DNA of 63,692 nt, the filler included, from Octopus bimaculoides (lineage: Eukaryota), in the NCBI RefSeq assembly GCF_001194135.2. It is 5 parts of 3 records of this genome, joined end to end, with 100 filler letters (N's around TTAATTAATTAA, not from the genome) between each part and the next. Parts side by side here need not be neighbours in the genome. Positions count along the whole stretch, not along the records: positions 1 to 29,510 come from NC_068987.1; positions 29,611 to 44,878 come from NC_068987.1; 3 more parts are not named here. One strand, 5' to 3'. The translations under genes were made by a program, and so were the position numbers. The notes beneath the pieces are model-generated. The model saw only the letters and a list, made by a program, of their open reading frames with translations. It had not been told where the DNA came from and searched no databases. This document shows positions 25,885 through 38,454 of the stretch, piece by piece. Position 1 is the first letter of the stretch; each line of letters opens with the position of its first letter.

Positions 25885-26658
25885 TTAGTTTTCAAGGAGT
25901 GGGGAAGTGTTAAGCACTTTTTGAAAGTGGGGAGGGTGGGGAGGCTCAGAGGGAAGTCGGAAGTAGTGAATATTAGGAATTTGAAAGAAATTGGAGGTGT
26001 ATGTATGAGAAAGAATAAGAGCGGTGTAATATTCTTTAAGTAATGGGTTGTTAGGCTTACTTTGTCTTAGTTTAAGGTTATTTTGGGTATGGATACTTAA
26101 AGTTATAGGACTAGATAGATTTAGACACGTGCGTGAAAGATGAGCAGTATTTGTGTTTACAAGAATAAATAACAACAGAAAATTTATTAAGTAATGAGGA
26201 GTTATGAGGGCGACGAATGGTTAATGATTCTTTTAGACATAACTTACACTTGCTAATATTTGTATTGTATGGGGCAGCTTCGCTTACTATGGATCAGGAT
26301 AGGGTGTATGGAATATTTTGAGATTTAAGGTTGTGTATATATGTTGCTAAGGGGGTTGATAATTTAGAATTTGGATTGGAGAAAGAGTTCCTGTGTGCAC
26401 TGTAGCGGTGCTTGCAATCTACGGGGCCGTCAATATATATCCTTGCTTGCTGGGAGCGTGGTGTTATAACACAACACTTGTAGACTACATTTTTGCGTAG
26501 ACAGGAGCCTCCAAGACAGCATAGTTAAGAAACCCGACAATTATAAGTTTTCTTACCTGGTCTGTGGATGGAGTTTACTGCAAGTGAGATTGCAGTTAGT
26601 ATTTGTTGTCGCTTAGGTGCAATTGAATAATACCAAATTCAAGCGATCATCCTACAAT

Positions 26659-26660
<2 letters not shown>
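25885..26660 (-). mobile_element. Penelope-like element, decayed GIY-YIG endonuclease
   Basis: YNCR..CLRKNVVYKC..IYI..KHRYSAHRNSF..IHNLKSQNIPY..APYNTNISKCKLCLKESLTI, homologous to ORF 35668-36144. Confidence 0.82.
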
Positions 26661-26693
<33 letters not shown>

Positions 26694-26699
26694 TAGGGA

Positions 26700-27737
26700 A
26701 TGGAGTAAATAAATCCAGGCTACATATGTTTCACAACTAGTAAAATTATCCAAAACGAGGAGTAGACCGCAAGCTACTCTTCAGGTCAAGCATACCTTGA
26801 GTATATGAGCTTTACACTGTTGTTAGGAGATCCCGGGTTAACTCGTTTGGGAATTCGATCGAAATATGTAGAAAGGTAAATATATTTATGAAGATGTAAA
26901 GATAAAAGAATATATATATATATTGGAGAATAATATGAGTAAAGAGTGCAAATTGGGAGAGAAGGTTTGGTATTGAAATTAGCTGGGAAGATCTCTATGA
27001 ATTTAGGTTGGGGTATTTCACGGGTCTTTTGTGGGATAGATAAGTAAACATATCATAGCATATATAGCATTAATGGCTATAAAGCCATTAAACAGAATCA
27101 AAGGATAAATGTATAGGTTTGGTATTTGAAATGGATAGGGTTGGGAGTGAAAGAGAGAGAGGTGGAAGATAATGTATTCTCGATCAAAATAGTAGACTTA
27201 GTTTTGCCTCTCGAGTTGGTAGAAGTAATTTAATTTTAAAATCTAGGGACGGTGAGAGAAGAGGGACATAGTAGTAGTAGCTTAAATATGAGAATATATG
27301 AGTGCATATTAGCACGCAGGCGAGTATATGCTGTGTGTCTGTAGAATCTAGTAGATGTGTACGCATACGGGGGTACTTGTATATTATCATGTGTGGATGG
27401 GATATGCCTGGAGATAGAAATGTAATGAAGACTTAAAGTATAAAGGATAAAGAAAAAAGTGGAGAATATGAAAAAATAAGTAAAAGTTCAGAAGATATGA
27501 AGGTGACTAAAAAGTTATTTGTTGTAAAGATATATGTAGAGGGAATTTCCCACTGAATTTTATAATATTTCGACGAGTGGCCAAGATGATATCAATATCG
27601 TCACGAGTGAAGTTAGACTGTTTGATGGCAAAATGAGAGCTTTGTTAAGAAGTATAGGGGATACGTTAGAGTAATATTGGTCTGTGTCAACGTGGATAAA
27701 TTTAAATGTCTGTTTAAGGCTTAAGGAATTAAACCAC

Positions 27738-27740
<3 letters not shown>
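26700..27740 (-). mobile_element. Penelope-like element, RT fragment plus terminal repeat
   Basis: WFNSLSLKQTFKFIHVDTDQYYSNVSPILLNKAL / FAIKQSNFTRDDIDIILATR resembles the PLE RT motif FDI..FYPSI..LLNKAL. Confidence 0.72.
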
Positions 27741-27790
<50 letters not shown>

Positions 27791-27908
27791 ATATATATAC
27801 ATATATATGTATGTGTGTGCGTGTGTGTGTGTATGTGTGTATGTGTGTATGAGAGACAGATATTGTAAGAACAAGTCAATATACAAAAAATAATAAATAC
27901 ATTTAATA

Positions 27909-29420
27909 TTAGGCTGTCCGGGAACTTATGAGCGTTTTTTAGCTAAATCTTTTAACGCTTCATTGAACACATCTGAAACACAGTTAAAATTTTGACGTTA
28001 AAAAATTGGTCGTGCATTCTTTCTTTCTTCCTGACTAAAAATAGATGATCTTCCATTCCGGTTACCCTTTATTGACATTTGAAATAGGGAACCAAAAATT
28101 TCATATTCGCATTGTAATGCATTTCGTTTTCATAAAAAAGAGGAAATGCTGCAAAGACTTGCAAAAACATTTGTGATGTTTATGGTGATGAACCTGTAGG
28201 TGAATCAACTTTTCAAATATGATTTGCAAAATTTAAAGCTGGAGAGCTTAGCTGGAAAGATGACAGTTGCGGTTTAAAACCTTCAAAACTGGATGAAGAC
28301 AATTTGGAGCCAAAAATCGAAGAAAACACAAATATCACGACTAGAGAAGTTGGATACGAGTTGGAACTTTCTAAAAGTACTGCTCATGAACGCCTAGTGA
28401 AGCTAGGATACATTTCTCGCTGTAATGTATGGGTTCCTCATAAACCCTCAGAAAAGAATTGCTTACATTGGTATTCCCTTTCTGATATGTATTTTGAACG
28501 GAATAAAAGCATGCTTTTTTAAAAACAACTTGTGACTGGAGATAGAAAATGGATTGTGTACGAAAATATATTGCGAGTTTGCGTCAGGATCCCCCAAAAC
28601 AGCAACCAAAGACGAATATTCATGCCAAAAAAGCTATGCTTTGTGTTTGGTGGGATCATAAAGACATTATTTATTATAAGGTTCTTCCACAAAACCAGGC
28701 CATTAATTTTGACGTGTCCTATCGTCAGCTGGCTAATTCGAACCAAAACATCAAAGAATTGAAGCTGAAGATTGCCAACAGGAAAGGGTTATGGTTCCAA
28801 CAAGACACTGCCCAAACACATGTCTTTGGCCGCCTGAGAAAACTTACGTGAACTTTGCTGGGATCTCTTACCCCATTCACCATATTCTCCGGATATTGCG
28901 CTTTCCGACTACCTCTTGTTTTTGTTTCTATAAAACACAGTACAAGGAAAAACATTTAACGATTTAGATGGAGTCAAAATGCATATAGACAATTTTTTTT
29001 TCTTAAAAACCAGTGAAATTTTATGCTGAATGAATTTTATGCAGAAGGGAATTGCCTGATAGAGAAGCAAAGTTTATTTCTTATTATTTCTATTCTAGGC
29101 ACAAGGCCTTGAAAATTTTGAGGAGAAGGGGGCTAGTCAATTACAAGATCCCTAGTGCGTAACTGGTACTTATTTCGTCGACCCCGAAACGATGAAAGGC
29201 AAAGTCGACCACGGCGAAATTTGAACTCAGAACGTAGCGGCAGACGAAATACTGCTAAGCATTTCGCCAAACGTGCTAACTATTCTGCCAGCTCAGTGCC
29301 TTCACAAAAGTAATTAATAACAATAGAAATTATTTCATTGAATAAAATTTATTGAAAGGTCAATTATTTATATCCCGTTTTGCATATTACAAAGCGCTCC
29401 GAACTTTCCGGACGACCTAA
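27909..29420 (+). mobile_element. mariner (DD34D) transposon, near full length, inactive
   Basis: TA flanks, about 30-bp imperfect TIR (ttaggctgtccgggaac / gaactttccggacgacctaa); WVPH, LVTGD.KW, MLCVWWD, FQQD, YSPDIALSDY; frameshifts and stops. Confidence 0.95.
29075..29302 (-). mobile_element. SINE family B nested in the mariner 3' end
   Basis: Full tail, core and head inserted in the transposase C-terminal region. Confidence 0.9.
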
Positions 29421-29657
29421 TACAAAAATGTACATATGTGTTCGACTTACGCAGAATAGAAATGATATCAGGAGTTAAAGGGGATAAATAAGAGATTCAC
29501 GAGTCCAACANNNNNNNNNNNNNNNNNNNNNNNNNNNNNNNNNNNNNNNNNNNNTTAATTAATTAANNNNNNNNNNNNNNNNNNNNNNNNNNNNNNNNNN
29601 NNNNNNNNNNCATAAATAAAAAATTTTAAAAAAATATATATACGTACATATATATAC

Positions 29658-29706
<49 letters not shown>

Positions 29707-30029
29707 TGCATGTATACATACACACGTACATGCACATATACGTATGTGTGGATTTGAACAAAACAATGCCATTTGGTGTTAGCTACATTTCAGTTTGAAG
29801 TAACATAAATAACAAAGGATTTCGGAAATCTTCATATTTGTTTAATATTTAATTCCTCATGGGAGTAAGAATTATAACCGAAGACTACAGAATATTTTTC
29901 TAAACATTTCTTCGAGTAAATACAATATAATCTTATTGCTTACAGTATCTCGTAGTATATTTGCAATTCTCCCAAGTGTCAATATTTTTTTATTTTATTT
30001 TTACTGTTGTTGACGCAATTACGTAAATA

Positions 30030-30680
30030 GGTAGAACATCGGAAAAAATGTCTTAAGGCATTTAGTTACATTTTATTGCGATCTGACTTCAAATCCTGAC
30101 TGGTTTCTACTTTGCATTCTATTTACCGGTATTCATTAAAATAAGTGTCTTCCAACAAGAAGAACCGATCTAAAACTATCTGCACTCTATCTACTTCCAT
30201 GATTGTAGTCTTACGTCTATGTTAGAAATGCTTATTCTAAGGAATCAGAGTATTAGATTGGCAGAATAGCCAGAGTAGTGGGATTTATGTAACTGACTAA
30301 TCTCCCTTTAAAATTACTACTCTTGTGTGCGTAAATTAATAATTAACTCCAAAACGCTCAGTTGGTGGAGTTGCCGAATGATTAGAGAGTCAGAAAAAAT
30401 TACCTTGCAGTATTTGTAGTTGCTTTGTATCTTCTGAGCACAAACACAACAGAGATATAGAATATAGTACCAGTCAATTACAGGAATCAATTTAATTGAT
30501 TAATTCTTACCTTCACCGTTTTGGTATTGTGCCAAAGATAGATACTACAAATATTTTGAATAATCGATAGATAAAACTCATTGTGTCATTATTTAACTCT
30601 TTTTGTATTATGTATTCAGTTCGTACCTGGGTCAAATTTGCCCTTCACTCTTTCGATGTTGATAATTAACTACCCCGCTT
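30030..30680 (+). mobile_element. Array of 3-4 degenerate SINE-B-like copies
   Basis: Repeated tggcagaa/ttggtggag heads, ctgacttcaaat/ctgagcacaaac, agtaccagtc, ttcgatgttgataa. Confidence 0.5.
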
Positions 30681-31289
30681 AAATGCACAACCACGTGAGA
30701 TCGCTATTGTTTATGACTAAGCGATAGATATAATTATTCTAAAACGTTGAATGTCTTCATTAAAAGAAATTGAAGTATATATAATCGAACCGCTGAAAGT
30801 CTTGTTAAATTAAGTTAAGAGTAACATGCTATACTGGACTCTACTTCGACCTTGTCTTTGGTCAAACACTTCTGCACACTAACCATATAGCTTAGCATTT
30901 GGTTTTGTCCCTCACAAATAGTGGACAAAAACCTGGGCGATTGACATGTGTATTGCCCGGTTTAGCAGCCCCAAATAATATCTGAACGACATTAACAGAC
31001 TCCATAATGTTGCAAGTATTTAGACCAGCTTTCTTCCAAAGGCAATCGTAAGGTCTTTTGTCCTTTTCATGTTGAAATGCACCGGTTATATACTTAAGAT
31101 AAATCTTATGATTTCATGATTTGTTTTTAATTGACTTTTTTCGTTATTATGCCCATGGAGAAAGAATGCCATAACGAGCATTTTAGGTTCATTCAAGATG
31201 AAGCAATAGCGTACCAGAAAGAATGTGAGCTGCAGTCAGAGTGGAAGAGGCTTTTATATACAAGATGTTATTGGTGTAGAGATGGCGAG

Positions 31290-31680
31290 AGATTATATAA
31301 GTTTTCTGTAAGGCAATCACATAGAATGGAGTAACAAGTGAAGTGTGAGCATTTAAATACATTGGCACAAAAGTGGTTCTCTGAGTTAAGTAGCAGAGGC
31401 ATAAAGAGATACGAAAGCGGTTTGAAAGTGACATTTGAGATTTGGACATCATTAGATGTATGCTATAGTTCAGCTTTTGCTTGGCTGTTTAAAAGTGCAG
31501 GAAAAACAAGACGGCAGATTTCAATCATATGTCTAAATGGTTTGTTATAACAGTACAAGAGATAAAATAGCCATGAAGCAATCAGGGAACTGGATCAGGA
31601 ATGGCAATACTCTTGTATCAGGCAATCATTCAAATAAAAACAAAATATGACCTCGCAGATCAGAACTATTATAATATGTA
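31290..31680 (+). pseudogene. Possible pogo/Tigger-like transposase remnant (CENP-B HTH)
   Basis: KCEHLNTLAQKWFSELSSRGI resembles LD.A...WF...RS.G; downstream YDLAD..YNM. Confidence 0.3.
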
Positions 31681-33789
31681 ATAAGTGCCCCAAATAACTT
31701 AACATTACTGTTTATTCAGCAAAATCCTTTCAAAGCAGTTCAATTATCGATGCTACCGTCCCAGGGAGAAATATTGACGTCACAATTTCCTATTTCTTTT
31801 CTTTTTGATAGATCTTAACCTTGATGCCCACATAAGAAATAATTATTCTTGATGCTTTCTTGATAAGAATGACGATATAAATAATAACGTTGATTTCTTG
31901 CATTACATTAGAAGAACGATTTCATTCGTTTATTTCCATTAAACTTTCTCTGTTGAAAGATTGAGTTCACTGAAAGAATCCCATTATAAACAGAAAGATT
32001 GGAATTCAATTCAGTTTCTTGTCATTGTATAGAATTATAGTGAAAAACTAGAATGCCAATAACCATATTCTTTATTGATATATTCATGTTTGGACGTTGC
32101 TTAATGCATCATTTCCTTTCCTAATATATTTTTGACGCTATCATCATTGTTGTTTATTTATATTTATTAGTATTGTTTCTGATTTTGTAACTATTTCCAT
32201 GTTTTTTATTGGTATTATGTTTGTTTTGGGCTCATCATTATTTGTTTCAAACACATGTGTACGGTAGATATATATGGATGTATGTGTATGTGTAGTAATT
32301 TATTTTCGAATAGCTGTTCTTAATTCTAGAACTCCTGTAAACGCTGAAACTAATCAAAGAAGAAATAGATAAAATTTAACAAAACCAGACAGAGTGATTC
32401 AGAATTATGAATAGAAATTGTTCCATTCTTCCATCTGCTGGAGTCTCAGAATTCCATTTTATTCTAATCGTTTTATCTCTTTCCAAAGATTGATATCACA
32501 AGCCCATTCCGATTTTTGCTCCCTGATTATCATGACAAATGACCAGCGGAAAGAAATTTAAATAGAAAAAAACTGAATCTTTTTGATTTTTCCAGAATGA
32601 TTTTCATTTATGTATATTTTGTCACAAGATATATTGCCTGTATGTTCTGTTTGCTTGTTTCACCAGAGATGATTGTAAAAGGTAAACCAGTAACCGCATT
32701 TTTTCAGCAATTATCTGATTCTTTCTTTGAAACGAACATTTTAATGCCAAAATGTTAAGCGTGAGTACTCCAAACTTAAGCTAAATGAGTTGTTTTGAGT
32801 GGCCAAAACACGACGGATCTTATCATAAATCGGTTTTAATTCAGGAACCAAGGCAAATAAACAACAAAATTTGGAAGAACACCACCATCATAATGCAAGA
32901 TTTAATTGTATGGCAGAGCTAACGTCGTCATTCTAGGACATGTATTTAAAACATATTACAGGATAATCTATATTGTTAAAATTAACTGTTGCCCCAAAAA
33001 TTACTCAGAATTTCTCGACAACTACCTAACTTCTGATCATAATTAATATGAAATCATTTTTAACAATTTAAAAGAAAAAAATTCAACACCGAAAACTGCG
33101 TTATTAGTGCTTGGTGCATAAATGCACGAAATATATAGTATCAGACGGTAATCTTTTGTCATGGGCGCCAGAATTCCCATATCATGTGATTTCATTCTAC
33201 TGGAAATCATCAGTGGAGGGCGTCTGGCCACTGCATGCCAGTAAAATATCGCTGTTATGGCATATAAAATATCAACATCTTTTCAGACACTGATGTGTGC
33301 GTGTGTGTGTCTGTGTGTGTGTGTGTGTGTGTATGTCTGTGTGTGTCTGTGTCTGTGTCTGTGTCTGTGTCTCTGTGTGTCTGTTTCTGTGTGTCTGTGT
33401 GTGTGAATATAGATATAGATATAGAAGCGTATGCCTATATTCATATATGAATGTATCTATGTATACAATCCTTGGATAAACTCCAGTGCATTAATACAGT
33501 TACAATGATGCATATACAAGCTTTGTACACTCTATATTATCACAAAACTTATTGAATATAAATAAATACGTTCGTGTCTGTCTCTATATAGCGAAATTAT
33601 ATCTTCGTTTTTACATACTTTAGTTGGGAGAAAAAGCAACCCCCAGTTTTTTATTGCAGTGCCTCCGAAACTATTAGGAAGGAGGCAGGGAACTATTCTC
33701 AAGCTGGAATGCTTACAACAGAGTGGCTACTGCAAAAAAAAAGAGAAAATTCAAGAAGATACCAGGAGGTAGTGTTAAACTAGATGATG

Positions 33790-34015
33790 AGTTAATTCTA
33801 CCATCCAGTTAAACCATTGTGTGACTTAAACTCAGAACGTGAAGAGCCAGAATTAATACCGTCTACACACCGCTCCAGATTGGTATATTTATATCAACCA
33901 CGAATCGATGAAAAGTAAAGTTGACCTCGGTTAGATTTGAACTCTATGAGCAGATAGACAAAATACCGTGAAGCATTTTGTACAACGCTCTAACGACTTT
34001 GCCAATGCACCACTT
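33790..34015 (-). mobile_element. Degenerate SINE family B copies
   Basis: gaaaagtaaagttgacctcgg..tttgaact..aataccgtgaagcatttt..ctaacgactttgcca. Confidence 0.65.
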
Positions 34016-34151
34016 GTTAGGGCTTTTTTTTTACCGTTTCGAGAAAACAGTTGCTCCTACAAACCAAAATAAAATTTCGGATATGCGGAGGGTCGAAGTT
34101 GGCAAAAAAACAGGAAAGTGAAAACAAACTGTGAGGGCTGCTAAGCCAGAC

Positions 34152-34895
34152 GATGCATACCTCACGCTACGTCGTTAACTGGTTACAGAGGACATGACTT
34201 AAGTCAAATTAACTTGTCTCTAGGCGGCCGTATTTACTTGTCTCTAGGTTACACTAATAATAACAATTCCCACTTCCGTACTTTATATATGAATGTATTT
34301 TCAATTATACATGGTTAATAAAAACCTGTTTTAAGCTTACAAACAATTTTTATTTTTTAATGCAGTACTGTAAAAAAAAAAGTAATCAAAATTTACGAAT
34401 ACATTTTGGTGGTGTTTACCGTACATTGCGGTGCTGTATTTATGAATGTGGTTTGCAGTAAGAATTGGTAAAATAAAGGCCTTTTTAAAGCTTAAAAAAC
34501 AAATTCAATAATTATTATTATTTTGCCATAGTAAAAAATTATAAATTATTTTAAATTTACCAATTTTAAATTTAAATTTGCCATACACTTTGGTGATTTC
34601 GTAATTTCATGATTTTGTTCACTAAGCTACAATACTTTACGGTGTGTATCTTAATATTTACTATACGTATTTTAATGATTTTATATGCTTTTATTTTCAT
34701 TTATTGTACACTAATATGATTTGATGTGCTTTTAACGGTTTTCTAATGATTTTACGATTACAATATTTGTGGGGGACAGACGTAATGTCGAGTAAAATGT
34801 CTCAAATTCATTTCTATTTTTCTATGTTATTTTTGAACACCGACACATAATCGAGAACGACTTAAATCGAAATGACTTAAGCCGAGGCATGCTTG
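34152..34895. mobile_element. Possible Tigger-like MITE
   Basis: Weak TIR (gatgcatacctcacgctacgtc vs reverse complement caagcatgcctcggcttaagtc, 14/22), TA on the right, repeated gacttaa and cttgtctctagg motifs. Confidence 0.35.
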
Positions 34896-35667
34896 TATAT
34901 ATGCATATATATATATATATTGGGTAGGTATGAGTTAGAGGAGTTAAAAACCTCTACTAAGGGATAATTAGATCCGAAGGCACTCCTGGTAATTACCCGC
35001 GTAGGTATAGTCCTTTGTAATGTTGTGCAGTAGCAGGTAGTTCGGTGGGTAAACTGTAGTTTAGGTTATATACGAGAAGAAAATGCATGTAAATAACAAG
35101 GAGAAATTCGTCGTTTTTGCTGGTATACCTTTAATTTAATTAATTAACATAGAAGAAGATAGCTTTTACGATCGTTTCAATTTACAAGTTTTAATAAATA
35201 TCTCCAGAGTGCGAAAATTAAATTGATACATCGGTCAGAATACGAAAAATAAATTGATACATCGGTACTGGTAATGAAGTCAAAATTTGATAGTCTTACA
35301 TTATATTATGTTCTTAAGTTGATTATTCCGCTGGGGTGTGGATTTCATTGTAGTAGATTGGCTAGTTTTAGTCACCAGTGGTGTAATTGAAGGGGGGATA
35401 ACTCTAACTTAAGGTGAAAAGGGAGCTAACTCACACCGGATATTTACACTAGAGAGGGTTGTTTAAAATCATATTATGGCAAAGGTTTAGGAAGTTCATA
35501 GTGATAAAAGGGCCCTATGAAGGTGTAAAGTAAATTATTAGGGAATGTGGAGGGCGAGTGTGGTTGGGGGTTGATTGTTTATGTGTAAGTGTTTAAGGTA
35601 GTTCCCAGCTAATTGGACTTATGCAGATGAATATGCTAGTGTAGGGTTTGTAGAAGATCCTACTATT

Positions 35668-36144
35668 TTACCAATACTTGAAGAGACACAGAGACACTAG
35701 ATGAAAACAAAATTTGTCGTTCTCAAATTTCCTATTGAGGAGGAGTTTTTTAGCCGTTAGGATAGCTAGGCGTTCTGATAAACAGAGATCACAGCGTCTA
35801 TTGGCGGTGTTGTACGAGGTTGTTTTTGCGAGTATACTCCAGTTTAATCCATAATCTATTTTTTTATCCTTAAGTTCCCAAATATATCTACTGAGCCCAG
35901 TTGAATTAGCCTTACTCCTATTTCTGAAGCTAGATTGGTGTGCGTTATATCTAAGAATCATTTGTCTTTTAGTGACGCCTATATATGATTTTATCTGGCT
36001 ATTTGTGTGCACGTCACATTGGTATACTGCGTTATTTGTCTTACATATATTTGAGAAATGGCACTTTGTTCTATCCCTGCAGCCACATAGATTATTAGGT
36101 ATATCTGTGTTCGTGTTATGTTGTGGGGAGCTATTACTATTCAA
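35668..36144 (-). pseudogene. GIY-YIG endonuclease domain of a Penelope-like element (open 158 codons)
   Basis: CGCR..C..NAVYQC..SYIGVT..LRYNAHQSSF..STGLSRYIWELK..WSIL..YN..RRCDLCLSERLAI. Confidence 0.9.
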
Positions 36145-37239
36145 GTCTCTATCTAAGTTAGTAGGAAGCGCTACGTTAGTGGTGGGCTTAATTCTATTAT
36201 TTCGTTGGTTATTATTTTTTATTGATCACAATTTTTCTAGTTTCATAGAACTTGTCTAGTTTTTTATTACTTATTGACTGATTGTAGCTAAGTTATTGGT
36301 CAGTCTGTGGCCTACTCTAATTTTATTCCTAAATATTTCTGCGTATTTATTATTAACGTTTAGGTGTTTATCTACGATTTTCATTAATGGGCGAACTATG
36401 TTTGATTTGAGGTGCATGGTGTAGGAGATTACGAGTCAGATTTTATCACTATTTAGTTTATTTTTTGTATTGTTATTTCTAGTATAGAAGCTACCCTCCT
36501 TGTGTGTGAGTCGTGTGAAGTTATGGTTATGGCTATCTTGCTTATTTCCGTAGTTAGGTTTCACTTTCCTGTTACTTTCGTCTGTTCTATTGGTGTTGCT
36601 TGCGTAGGGATTATGTGGACTAGATGGCATGGTTTTCTTGTTACTAACAGAGTTCATATTGGTTCTTTGGGGCGCTTTAGTTTTATTCATACCGATGTGT
36701 AGGTTATTATTGTTGTTGCTAATGTTATTTTGGGGCTAATTTGTGTACTTGGTGTCATTGGTTGTGTTAATATTGTTAATCTTATTGATTATCACTTTAT
36801 CGGTATTACTGTTGTGGTTATTTTTGTTGTGATTGGTGGTTTGGGCCTTGGCGTTGTTCATATTGGTGTTGTTTTTATTGGGGTTACCCATACTCCTCTT
36901 ATAGTTGGTGTAGTTTGTGGTGTTGTATGGTGTGTGGTTGGTGTTAATGGTATCAATTAGAGTTATCCCCCTTCACTTACGCCGCCGTTGACTAAAACTC
37001 ATCGCTGATTAAAGCCAATTTAATACACACGTGCGCAAACAAATTTACTTACTCAAACTCGGGATTCCACACCAAAATAATATAAACCCCGCTTTAATTA
37101 CCCAAGGGAACCATAAACTGACCAATCTACTACAAAGAAATCCACTCCCCAGCGGAATAATCAACTTAAGAGCACAATATAATGTAAGACTATCAAATTT
37201 TGACTTTATTACCAGTACTGATGTATCAATTTATTTTTC

Positions 37240-37290
37240 GCATTCTGAAGACATTTACTAAAACTAGTAAATTGAAACGATCGTAAATGC
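37240..37290 (+). ncRNA. Minimal type I hammerhead ribozyme in the PLE terminal repeat
   Basis: GCATT-CTGAAGA-c-atttacta(aaac)tagtaaat-t-GAA-AC(GATC)GT-A-AATGC. Confidence 0.75.
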
Positions 37291-37402
37291 TACCTTCTTG
37301 TTTGTTAATTAATTAAATTAAAGGCATACGAGCGAAAACGACGAGTTTCTCCTTGTTATTTACATCCATTTTCTTCCCATATATATATATATATATATAT
37401 AA

Positions 37403-37771
37403 GCGCAGAAGTGGCAGTGCGTACGTAGTTTTCTTACTAACCACATGGTTCCGGGTTCAGTCCCACTGCGTGGCACCTTGGGCAAGTGTCTTCTCGAACC
37501 AACCAAAGTCTTGTGAGTGGATTTGCTAGACAGAAACTGAAAGAAGTCCTATATATATATATATATGTGTGTTTGTGTGTCTGTGTTTGTCCACCCAACC
37601 ATCGCTTGACAACCGATGTTGATGTGCATAACTCCTCGTAACGTAGCGGTTCTGAAAAGCGACCGATAGAATAAGTACTAGGCTTACAAAAATAAGTCCT
37701 GAGGTCAATTTGGTCGACTAAAGGCGGTGCTCCAGCATGGCCGTAGTCAAATGACTGGAACAATTAAAAGA
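37403..37771 (+). mobile_element. SINE family A, full length
   Basis: Head ggttccgggttcagtcccactgcgtggcaccttgggcaagtgtc through 3' ccagcatggccgtagtcaaatgactgg. Confidence 0.92.
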
Positions 37772-38421
37772 ATATACATATATACATGTACATATATACA
37801 CGAGTGAGCACATAAATACAAAACAAGGTGATGAAAAATAGCACTCGAATACCGAAGGTAGAGTAATATGCTCTCATTAAAGTTGCAGAAATATTTACAA
37901 ATTGTTGTTCAGAGTTTTTCGTTAGTAGAAGACAACTTGCTCAAGGTGCCGTGCAGTAGAGCTGAACCCAAAACAACCTAACTGCAAAGCGAGCTTTTTA
38001 CCTCCTCACAGTTAAACACTGTATACATATCATTATAATAAAGTGAGAAGTATTGTCATCTAATATGAACTAGAAGCTTGTCTTCTAAATTGCTGAATTG
38101 TATGTGATTAAATCCTGTTGCTACAGTTGGTTTTCTCTTCTGCTCGTCAGGTTAAATAACGTATACACATCGACTGTAAGTGGTGACATTAACGTGATGG
38201 TTCACACAATCCTATCATTTCTTCAACATTTCCGTTCACACAATATGACATATTAATTAAACAACATATTGACTTTTCCTCAACAATGCCCAGTCAATTG
38301 ACTAATCTTTTGTTTTCTGTGTTTTTTTTCCTTCTTTCTTTCGCTATGGCTTACTGTCTATCATTTCAAATTTCTATTACGCAATGCGCAGGCGGCCGTG
38401 TGTTGATACTTTGCTTGTGCT

Positions 38422-38454
<33 letters not shown>

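Larger units (their letters stand above)
34921..37378 (-). mobile_element. 5'-truncated Penelope-like element with an inverted terminal repeat at its 5' side
   Basis: GIY-YIG ORF, RT-EN linker (IVDKHLNVNNKYAEIFRNKIRV), terminal repeat 35076-35407 (minus) mirrored by 36957-37376 (plus); TA runs on both flanks. Confidence 0.88.

Noticed and set aside
29555-29566. TTAATTAATTAA islands inside N-runs (also 44923-44934, 54881-54892, 61530-61541)
   Set aside because: Identical 12-mer centred in ~100-bp gaps, with stops in all six frames: a scaffolding linker artefact, not biology
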